From: a bacterium
Lineage (GTDB): Bacteria; Zhuqueibacterota; Zhuqueibacteria; Residuimicrobiales; Krinioviventaceae
Length of the DNA: 64,000 nucleotides
Direction: 5' to 3'
Assembly: GCA_963675755.2 (NCBI GenBank)
Contig: CAXXMD010000003.1
Span: forward strand, 1,952,001-2,016,000
Of the stretch, positions 48,789-56,835 are shown piece after piece. Position 1 is the stretch's first letter, and each line of letters opens with the position of its first letter. The translations under genes were made by a program, and so were the position numbers. The notes beneath the pieces were generated by a model that was not told where the DNA came from, searched no databases, and saw only the letters and a list, made by a program, of their open reading frames with translations.

Positions 48789-50357
48789 TTAATAATTCAT
48801 TCTAAATTCAAATCGTGCCAGATGGTCATTTGAACCAAATCCGGCTATCTGGTTTATGTTGTCACCCTTACTATAGGTGTATGATACTGCAACAAAAATG
48901 TCTCTGCGTATCTGGTCCATCAGTTTAATGCCAAACAGATTACGTTTGTCTACAGTGCCGCCAAGAAAATGCTTGCGTAATCCGGATTCCGGTCGATCGG
49001 TGGTGCTGATGGTTCCGGTTCCTTTGCGGATCCGTTCAAAACTCAACTCTGCTTTAAAATCTCTGTTGAACCGATAAGATGCCAGCAGTAATGCAGTGTC
49101 TGAATTGGGCCCCAGCCAATGGCCTATGGCTTTATCATAATGTGAATAGATGTTGATGGAATCGTGATGCGCGTAAACAAAAGGTTCAACCCGGCTGTAT
49201 TCCAGGCGAAGGTCAAGGTCTTGAATATTCAGAGGACTGACAAGGTGAAGGCCGGTTAAAAATGCAAACTTGTTTCCATAGAACCGATTCAGGCTTTCAG
49301 CTGTGGTCATGTCGTCAATGAAAAATTCGGCATAAGCTTTAATACCCGCAAAACGGGTTAGGGTAATATCCAGACTCATGGTGTTGTTGTCCTGGTCTCC
49401 CAGGTGATGTTCAGCTACATGGTAGGGCATTAAGGGGTTGAGATATGACATTTCAACATCACGGTCACCATAAATAACGGTTTCCGTGCCGCCAACATAA
49501 AGCCCACGCAAGACACGAATATCAATTCTGTGACCTGTCAGATATTTAGGTCCCAGGCTATTATTAAGAAACATGTGTACGCTGGTGAATGAAAAACGTT
49601 TAAAGGTACTGTTGAGTTTGATCATGTCCGCAGGGGGCATGTTGCGTGTAAGACTCAAACCGCTATGATATCCGGGACCCCATTCCATTTCATCCTTACC
49701 TACCTGAACACGAAGCCAGGGACGTTCCCAGATGAAATAAGCTGTTGCCCTGTCACTGAATACATTTGATCCCGAGGTTACAGTGGGTGACCCTTTGGAA
49801 ACATCAAAGCTTTCTTCATCAATATCGGTTCCGCGAAGCAGAGAGTTGCGGGCATCTACATAATATCCCAGTTTGCCGCCAAGGTGCCCCCGTAAAATGC
49901 CACCAACAGTTGTCTCGGAAATTTTTTCAGTAGGATCGTATTGCTCACCCTTGTTGTAGACCATGTTTTGCATGACAAGCAAATCAAAATGGATCTGACT
50001 ATTATTTTCAAAATGAGAGTACAAGTGCTTTTCAGACATGGATGTTTTAACATCCGGGGCCATTTGCAAGAGTTCCTGAACGAAATCCCCTTTGAGCTGT
50101 TCAAACTGTGCATGGTCCGTTTTTGAAAATTTTCCCGAACTGTTTTTTAGATTATTTTCTATCTCGATAATGAGCTTTGTAACGGTTTCGCGGGAGTAAG
50201 GTTTGACTCGCATTACAACAGAGTTGACAAGACCTTTGGTTTCGCACCGGTCCAAAAAGTCGTAACCCCAATATCCCAGTGGTACATTAACAGTTTGGGC
50301 TATTGACTGAATGCTCAATAGAAAGAGTATTGCAAAAGATATTATAAAACGCTTCAA
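48789..50357 (-). CDS. Capsule-assembly Wzi-like outer-membrane protein
   Basis: Signal peptide, YDFLDR...KPYSR N-terminus, WGPG, GHRID, YLNP, GHWLGPNSD, terminal aromatic residue (MNY). Confidence 0.75.
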   Translation of the reverse strand: MKRFIISFAILFLLSIQSIAQTVNVPLGYWGYDFLDRCETKGLVNSVVMRVKPYSRETVTKLIIEIENNLKNSSGKFSKTDHAQFEQLKGDFVQELLQMAPDVKTSMSEKHLYSHFENNSQIHFDLLVMQNMVYNKGEQYDPTEKISETTVGGILRGHLGGKLGYYVDARNSLLRGTDIDEESFDVSKGSPTVTSGSNVFSDRATAYFIWERPWLRVQVGKDEMEWGPGYHSGLSLTRNMPPADMIKLNSTFKRFSFTSVHMFLNNSLGPKYLTGHRIDIRVLRGLYVGGTETVIYGDRDVEMSYLNPLMPYHVAEHHLGDQDNNTMSLDITLTRFAGIKAYAEFFIDDMTTAESLNRFYGNKFAFLTGLHLVSPLNIQDLDLRLEYSRVEPFVYAHHDSINIYSHYDKAIGHWLGPNSDTALLLASYRFNRDFKAELSFERIRKGTGTISTTDRPESGLRKHFLGGTVDKRNLFGIKLMDQIRRDIFVAVSYTYSKGDNINQIAGFGSNDHLARFEFRMNY

Positions 50358-50436
50358 TGCGATTTTCCTTTATTTTTCAGGTAGAAATATACTGAAAATC
50401 AGTTATTATTCAAACCGCTAAATGAATGGATTTTCA

Positions 50437-51576
50437 TTAACCTTTGAGCGACCCCTTGAGATATGTACGGTCTTTCCATTTAAATCTTCCCGTCAAGCCT
50501 GCAATTCCAACAATGGGTATATAAACCAGTTGCAACAGTTCCGTCAAAAACATATCCCCATAGTGAAATGACCGGTTCAAGTGGCGGCAGCCGGTTCGAA
50601 TGAATTTTGTATCCAGTATGATTTTTATAACAAACAGCAACAATGTATAAACTGGCCATATTCCGGCTATTGGCAAGAGAATAGATAATGTGGTAGATAT
50701 ATAAAATAGAAAGACAAACAATTCCAGTAATATTAAAGCTATATGATAATATTTGCTTTTGGAAGCCCAGCGCACGCGTTGTTGGAAAAAACCGGCAAAT
50801 GTTGTGTTTGCCCGTGTCCAAACCGTGTTGGCGGAATCGGTGTTAAACAGGCTGCTCCATCTGGATTTTGAGAGCTTTTGCAGCAAGAGATCATCATCAC
50901 CGGAACCCAGGTGTTTGTTGCCGCTAAAACCGCCAATTTCAAGAAACACCTCTTTGCGATACGCCAGATTGGCTGCGTTTGCGAGAAACGGTTTCCCCAA
51001 TCCGAATGAGGCGGCACCTATCAGAACAAATCCAAGCGAGTCCAGCGATTCCATGCGCCCTAATATCGTGTTGCCGGGATCCACCAGCAGCCACGAAGCG
51101 GCAAGAGCTGTAGATCCATTAATAGATTTCACGGATTGTTCAAACCATCCGGGAGGTACCAGGCAGTCAGCATCGGTAGTCAGGATGATTTCTCCCTGCG
51201 CTCTGGTTATGCCGGTTTCAATGGCCTGTTTTTTTGGAGAGATCCCGGGTTGAATTGCGGGATTATCTAGCGCGATAATGTTTTGTACTGTCTCTGCGTA
51301 TTTGGAAATTATTTCAGCAGAGCCGTCGGTTGAATGATCGTTGATCAGGATGATTTCGTATCGGTCTTGTGGGTATTTTTGTGACAACAGACTATTGATA
51401 CAGTTTTCAAGGGTTTCAACTTCATTGCGTACCGGTACAAGTACCGAGATCATGGGGCGGATATCGTTCAATGGTTTACTGTTTGAGAGCAGGCGACCCA
51501 GCCCAATCATCAAAACGGATAAAAATATCGTATAAATCAGGGACAGTACCAGTATAAATATAAGGAGAATTGGCAT
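50437..51576 (-). CDS. Membrane GT2 glycosyltransferase (paralogue 2)
   Basis: PVRNE, NDHSTD, SPKK, TDADC, AANLAYR, SGDDD, QRVRW. Confidence 0.92.
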   Translation of the reverse strand: MPILLIFILVLSLIYTIFLSVLMIGLGRLLSNSKPLNDIRPMISVLVPVRNEVETLENCINSLLSQKYPQDRYEIILINDHSTDGSAEIISKYAETVQNIIALDNPAIQPGISPKKQAIETGITRAQGEIILTTDADCLVPPGWFEQSVKSINGSTALAASWLLVDPGNTILGRMESLDSLGFVLIGAASFGLGKPFLANAANLAYRKEVFLEIGGFSGNKHLGSGDDDLLLQKLSKSRWSSLFNTDSANTVWTRANTTFAGFFQQRVRWASKSKYYHIALILLELFVFLFYISTTLSILLPIAGIWPVYTLLLFVIKIILDTKFIRTGCRHLNRSFHYGDMFLTELLQLVYIPIVGIAGLTGRFKWKDRTYLKGSLKG

Positions 51577-52577
51577 TAGGAATTTAACCCGACATTTTTA
51601 CCCATGTTTCGGTTTAAGAGAATGACAGCCATGCCAATTGTTGATGGAATGAGAATGTTGATGATGAACAAAATAAATGATGCATTAAATGCAGCGGCGC
51701 GGGTAATACCCAGTTGTGAAAAGAAATAAATTGCCGCGGTTTCACGAACGCCCAGGTCTCCAAAAGAAATGGGTAGTAGTGTTTTGGCTAAAAAAGCTGC
51801 TGCAACCGCTAATAGTCCCAACAGTATGTTGATTTCGGCAAAGGCTTTTATGAGTAAATAAAACTGTAGCAGATATGTGAAAACATGACAAGCGGCAAAA
51901 CCAAACAGGGTATATGCGTGACGACGGGTAAAAGCACTGTATGCAGAAGTCAATTTTTCCAGAAAACGAATTTTCATCAGTCGGGGTTGGAACCGCATCA
52001 ATAATGTGCGAAGCAAGTCCGGATGAAGGATTAAAAAGATGATCAATAGCAGCAATATGACCAGTGCGATTAACAGGGGCTGCCAAAGTAAATGCCCGGC
52101 TTTGAGTTGTAAAAAATATGCAAAACCGGCCAGGCCAAAAAGATAAACCATTGCCATTGAAAATAATTTGTCAATGATTACCAACCCGGTAAGCTGGCGC
52201 CAATCTGCATTCCGGATGAATACCGATCGTCCGAATTCTCCCACACGTCCGGGGGTTACCAGGCCGAGCGCGTAACCCGCAAACAGGGATGACAGGATTT
52301 CACCTGCACGGGCCGTGGGCTTGACTAGCTTTACCAAAAGCTGCCATTTTTTGAATTGAAAAAAGATATTCAGGAACAGTAAACCAAATGTCAGCGCAAT
52401 ATACAGCAGGTTGGCCTGTCGTAAAGCAAGGGTAATCTGATCAATGCTGATGCGTTTGATCAGTACCCACATAATGATACATGCCAGCAAGAGCTTGATC
52501 AGGATGATGATCTGCTTCCTGGGCAGCTTGAATTTTGAATTGGTTTCTGTCATCTCCGCTTTGCGATTATATACCAA
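51576..52577 (-). CDS. Lysylphosphatidylglycerol-synthase-TM/flippase-like membrane protein
   Basis: TPGRVGEFGR, DKLF, LPISFGDLGVRE; multiple TM segments. Likely start is ATG at 52553. Confidence 0.85.
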   Translation of the reverse strand: MVYNRKAEMTETNSKFKLPRKQIIILIKLLLACIIMWVLIKRISIDQITLALRQANLLYIALTFGLLFLNIFFQFKKWQLLVKLVKPTARAGEILSSLFAGYALGLVTPGRVGEFGRSVFIRNADWRQLTGLVIIDKLFSMAMVYLFGLAGFAYFLQLKAGHLLWQPLLIALVILLLLIIFLILHPDLLRTLLMRFQPRLMKIRFLEKLTSAYSAFTRRHAYTLFGFAACHVFTYLLQFYLLIKAFAEINILLGLLAVAAAFLAKTLLPISFGDLGVRETAAIYFFSQLGITRAAAFNASFILFIINILIPSTIGMAVILLNRNMGKNVGLNS

Positions 52578-53344
52578 ACAGGATTGAATACAGCATTGAA
52601 TATGCCCGGTTTATTGTTGACCAATGTAAGTAAAATTTTTTCAATTTTGAAACGTTTTATCATATGAATAGATTGTAAATGCCATTTTCGGCTCCAGATG
52701 TAACGCGGTTCACTCATGGCCAATGTGGCAGCCTGCCGGTTTACGTATTCGAATGTAAAATTGTTTTTACCAAGTAATGATTCCAGCTTGAAACGGGAAA
52801 AGAGTTGGGGGAAATCCGGTTTGTCCGGACGGTGCCATTTCAATACCTGAGCGATAAGAAAGCGTGTCCAGGTGCGGGGAAACATTGAAACAAAGGGAAT
52901 ACTGTAATGCGGATCGCAGAATGCATTGAAAAGAGACCAGCGATTTGGTGTAACCAGATACAAAAGTCCGCATTGTACAAGTGCCCTTTGACAGTTATAC
53001 AAAACTTTATCAGGATTAATTGTATGCTCCAGAACATCATTCAAGATAATGACATCGTATACAGCTTGTTCATCAAGGGATTCAGCTGGCAAACATTGGG
53101 TTGTTAATCCTGGAATCGTTTCACCGTCAAGGATTTTAATTCTTTCAGGATCAGGGTCCATTGCGGTCACATGTGCGCCATGTTTTATTAACGCTTTGGC
53201 AATACCACCACTTCCGCATCCCAGATCCAGAATTGTTAATCCGGCAAGAGGATGAAAGGGGAGAAGCAATTGGGCAGCGAGTTCTCCTCTGTATTCGGCA
53301 GTCTGTTGATAGCTGGTCCACAGGTTTGTGTTGGGATTTTTCAT
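52550..53344 (-). CDS. Class I SAM-dependent methyltransferase
   Basis: ILDLGCGSG, YDVIILNDVLEH, VTPNR...DPHY. Confidence 0.9.
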   Translation of the reverse strand: MKNPNTNLWTSYQQTAEYRGELAAQLLLPFHPLAGLTILDLGCGSGGIAKALIKHGAHVTAMDPDPERIKILDGETIPGLTTQCLPAESLDEQAVYDVIILNDVLEHTINPDKVLYNCQRALVQCGLLYLVTPNRWSLFNAFCDPHYSIPFVSMFPRTWTRFLIAQVLKWHRPDKPDFPQLFSRFKLESLLGKNNFTFEYVNRQAATLAMSEPRYIWSRKWHLQSIHMIKRFKIEKILLTLVNNKPGIFNAVFNPVWYIIAKRR

Positions 53345-53347
53345 GCT

Positions 53348-54451
53348 CTATTTCCAGGATATTTTTTTAATAAAAGCAGCCGGGCCTGATAAAAGATGAT
53401 ACAAGGGAAACAAAACCTCCCATATAAAAAATCCTGAAAGCGGCAATTGTATGTCCATCTTTTTACCGAAATAAGAAAGCAGAGAAAAATCAAGCAATAA
53501 CTTGGTTGACAACAAGAAACTTTGTGTAAAATTCAAACTTGCTAAGCTCCATAAAAACAATATCCATATGCAAGCGTTAGATAAATGATACAGTCCATAA
53601 CCCAGTTGCTGGTTGAATCGGTATTCAGTTCCCGATGACAAATGACGGGATTTTTGTTTTAGAAATTGCTGCCAGGTTCCGGGTCCCTTTGCCGGGATAT
53701 GAGTTGCAGGATTGAAGGAGTAGGATGTCTGCCAGGATGGATGTTTGTTGATCGCTTGTAAAATAAAATCATCATCACCAGACAGAGTATCGGGTAGCGT
53801 TGTGTAACCACCAATCTCATCAAGAGTTTGTTTGCGTATCGCAAGATTTCGTCCTGTGCAGGTTGCACCGTTTTGCATTAATATGGTTGTTGCGGCAACA
53901 ATCGCTGCCGAGAGACTGTCTACAAATAAAAATCGATTCCACTGTTTTTTTAGAGTACAGGTTTGAGGTGAAAATCCTGCTACCAGCCCGGTTTGTGGTT
54001 TAAAGCAATTTGCCAAGCCTTGAATCCAGCCAACAGGTGGCTGACAATCTGCATCGGTATAGAGCAGCAATTCACCCGTTGCATATTTATAACCTGCTTC
54101 AAGTGCTGCTTTTTTACTACTATTCCAACCTGATGGATTGTCGGATTGTAGACATGTTATATTTTTGTGTTTTAGAGAATATGATTTTACCCGGGTATAT
54201 GTATCATCTGTTGATTGATCGTCAATTACAAGGATTTGAGTTTTTTCTTTTGGATATTTTTGATTTATTAGAGACTCGAGGCATGTTATTATATTTTCTG
54301 TTTCATTTTTAACAGCAATTATTATTGACACTGTTGGGTTTTCTAATGCATCCGTTAGCCGGGTTTTGGATGACTGTAATCCCAGATATATAAAAAAGAG
54401 GATAATGGCGTAAAGAATGATCAGAAAAATAGATAAAATTAGCAAAAACAA
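53348..54451 (-). CDS. Membrane GT2 glycosyltransferase (paralogue 1)
   Basis: AVKNE, DDQSTD, SSKK, TDADC, GRNLAIR, SGDDD, QKSRH. Confidence 0.92.
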   Translation of the reverse strand: MFLLILSIFLIILYAIILFFIYLGLQSSKTRLTDALENPTVSIIIAVKNETENIITCLESLINQKYPKEKTQILVIDDQSTDDTYTRVKSYSLKHKNITCLQSDNPSGWNSSKKAALEAGYKYATGELLLYTDADCQPPVGWIQGLANCFKPQTGLVAGFSPQTCTLKKQWNRFLFVDSLSAAIVAATTILMQNGATCTGRNLAIRKQTLDEIGGYTTLPDTLSGDDDFILQAINKHPSWQTSYSFNPATHIPAKGPGTWQQFLKQKSRHLSSGTEYRFNQQLGYGLYHLSNACIWILFLWSLASLNFTQSFLLSTKLLLDFSLLSYFGKKMDIQLPLSGFFIWEVLFPLYHLLSGPAAFIKKISWK

Positions 54452-54568
54452 TCACCTTTCATTTATTGAATGAAATTATTTAAAAATAGTCATATATTCA
54501 AGACGAAAATAAATTGACATGGGCTGGTTAATTTTGTACCTTTTTTTATTAATAGAGGAGTCTAGTAC

Positions 54569-55273
54569 ATGGGAAAGCAGGTCTCTGAGGGAGAAAAGTC
54601 ATTCAAGGCAATGATTCGGGTGCTGGTGATTTTGCTTCTTGTTGTTATCATTGGTACAGTTGTTCGTTTTTTCCTGAACCAATCAAGTGAGGCCAAACTT
54701 TTAGAGCTTGAGGAACGGGTTTCAGAGATGAAATCCTCAATCCATATTGACAGCATACGTCAATATCAGGTACAAAAAATTATTACCATCATAGAACTGT
54801 ACAATCACAAAATGACACGTCAGCAAAAATACGAGATTGCTCAGGTGATTGTTACCGGTGCAGAACAATTCCCCAATATTAGTGTAGATTTAATTTGCGC
54901 GATTATAACTCACGAAACCGGTGGTACGTGGGACCCACGATATATTTCACCCTCGGGCAGTATGGGGCTCATGCAGATTATGCCCATTACCGGCATGCTG
55001 GTTTCGGAATTTGAACGGATTAACTGGATCTCCGCAGAACAGGCATTGCTGAACCCTGAATATAATATTCGAATTGGAACGCGCTACTTGTCAATTCTGA
55101 TTGATCAATATGACCTGGATGGCGGATTGGTAGGACTCAAAGAAGGAGTAAGGAATGCGGCCAAATATAAAAATCAAATATGGTCCGGCACGCGCAACAG
55201 AGAAATACAAAATTATATTGACGCAATACACAAGCTGATAGCTGAATTTCAACAAATTCCGTTGGGCAATTAA
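54569..55273 (+). CDS. Membrane-anchored lytic transglycosylase (SLT domain)
   Basis: N-terminal TM; AIITHETGG, MGLMQIMP, NIRIGTRYL. Confidence 0.85.
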   Translation: MGKQVSEGEKSFKAMIRVLVILLLVVIIGTVVRFFLNQSSEAKLLELEERVSEMKSSIHIDSIRQYQVQKIITIIELYNHKMTRQQKYEIAQVIVTGAEQFPNISVDLICAIITHETGGTWDPRYISPSGSMGLMQIMPITGMLVSEFERINWISAEQALLNPEYNIRIGTRYLSILIDQYDLDGGLVGLKEGVRNAAKYKNQIWSGTRNREIQNYIDAIHKLIAEFQQIPLGN

Positions 55274-55294
55274 GTTGCTTAAATTAAACAAGTT

Positions 55295-56266
55295 ATGTAT
55301 AATATTCTGAAAGGGTACGACTTGAAACGAATAATGTTTGTTTTATTAATTGCAGGATTTTTGATTTCCTGCTCCACATCAAAGCAACCCAATTTCAGTG
55401 TTGAACAAACCGACCAGGGTTTGCAAATTAATGAAGGGGCTGAAAAAGTCTTTTTCTATCAAAGGGCGCCCAAGTCTCCGGAAGGGCATGAGGGAGAGTA
55501 CTTTAGAGGGCATTATATTCATCCGCTTTGGGATCTGGATGGAAATGTGATTACGGAAGATTATCCACCTGATCATCTTCATCAACGTGGAATATTCTGG
55601 TCCTGGCACCAGATCTGGATTGGAGATGAAAAGATTGGTGATCCCTGGGAGATACGAGATTGGGAATGGAATGTAGCTCAGGCAGAAACTCATGAAACAG
55701 AAGCTGGTAATCTTGTTCTTGCTGTCAAAGTGAACTGGCAGTCACCCCTTGTAAAAGATGAACAAGGTAATGAAAAGCCCCTTATTACCGAAGATACAAA
55801 AATTACAATTTATCCCCGAACCGAAACATATCGAGTAATTGATTTTGATATCAAATTACTTGCTATGCTGCCGGATATGAAAATCGGTGGTTCTGAGGAT
55901 GTTAAAGGGTATAGTGGATTTTCGACCCGTATTGTACTGCCTGAGGATATGAAATTTACCGGACAGGTTGGTGAATTGGAGCCACAAAACACGGCTGTTG
56001 ACGGTGGTGCATGGGTAGACATGAGTGGTTCTTTGACGACTGAAGGGATAACCGGTATCACAGTATTGAGCCATCCTGAAAATCCGGGCAGTCCGCAACC
56101 GTGGATCTTGCGTCGTCAACGCAGTATGCAGAATGCGGTATATCCGGGACAGCATGCGGTTGCTTTTTCAAATACGCAGCCAACAGTTTTACGATACAGA
56201 CTGGTGCTGCACAAAGGTGGATATGACCAGGAAATAATAAAAAAATTATATGACGAATATAAATAA
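55295..56266 (+). CDS. Lipoprotein of the DUF6807/'PmoA-like' beta-sandwich family
   Basis: Lipobox LISC; YIHPL, DHLHQRGIFW, GYSGF, HPEN. Confidence 0.75.
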   Translation: MYNILKGYDLKRIMFVLLIAGFLISCSTSKQPNFSVEQTDQGLQINEGAEKVFFYQRAPKSPEGHEGEYFRGHYIHPLWDLDGNVITEDYPPDHLHQRGIFWSWHQIWIGDEKIGDPWEIRDWEWNVAQAETHETEAGNLVLAVKVNWQSPLVKDEQGNEKPLITEDTKITIYPRTETYRVIDFDIKLLAMLPDMKIGGSEDVKGYSGFSTRIVLPEDMKFTGQVGELEPQNTAVDGGAWVDMSGSLTTEGITGITVLSHPENPGSPQPWILRRQRSMQNAVYPGQHAVAFSNTQPTVLRYRLVLHKGGYDQEIIKKLYDEYK

Positions 56267-56357
56267 AAAAATTTTTTAACAGGAAATAGTTTTTTTATTT
56301 AGGGAAAAAACTTCCCACTCTATTTTAGAGAGAACGGAAAAAAGATTTTCTATTCAG

Positions 56358-56392
56358 AGCCTCCAATTATTAGATTATTGGGGGCTTTTTTT
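56358..56392 (+). terminator. Rho-independent terminator
   Basis: agcctccaat...attgggggct followed by a T-run. Confidence 0.75.
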
Positions 56393-56535
56393 ATTTAAAA
56401 TCATGGGGCTTGTTTTTACTACATATAGTGCGTTTTGTATTCAGGCTACACCTCATATTGTGCTTGAGAATTTCTTTATAAAAATTATTTCAAGAGAGAT
56501 TGAAATTTGTTTAAAATAAATATTGACTTTTTGAT

Positions 56536-56551
56536 TGGCATAGCTTTTGCC
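56536..56551 (+). promoter_or_regulatory. Sigma54 (-24/-12) promoter
   Basis: TGGCATAGCTTTTGCC: GG (56537-38) and GC (56549-50) separated by exactly 10 nt. Confidence 0.7.
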
Positions 56552-56710
56552 ATTACCATTCCGTTCAATGGTCTCTTTAAGGGTAGGTCATAACTACCTG
56601 GGACAAATAAAAAAAAGAAATTCAAGTTTTTGCAAGAAATGTCGATATAGTTATTGAGATGAATAAATTAAAAGATAAAGATTTAATTAAAGCAATACTT
56701 AAAGGAGGAG

Positions 56711-56746
56711 ATGCCTATGAAGAGAATTCTGAAATTCCCCGATTAG
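56711..56746 (+). other. Leader mini-ORF (MP)MKRILKFPD with a very strong Shine-Dalgarno sequence
   Basis: AAAGGAGGAGAT at 56701-56712; ATGs at 56711 and 56717; TAG at 56744-56746. Confidence 0.45.
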
Positions 56747-56835
56747 CTCATTTTCAAATGAGGATGTAAATCAGAATTAAAATTATTAATGACGCGACAA
56801 ACGGATTTGACGCAAAGAAAAAAATTAAAACACAC

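Noticed and set aside
41920-54451. Standard Wzx/Wzy capsule or O-antigen locus, or a RiPP cluster
   Set aside because: No Wzx, Wzy, Wzc, initiating transferase or nucleotide-sugar genes, and no precursor peptide or RRE beside the radical SAM gene.
55295-56266. Methane monooxygenase, suggested by the 'PmoA' family label
   Set aside because: It is a soluble lipoprotein without the TM helices of true PmoA, and there is no pmoB or pmoC.
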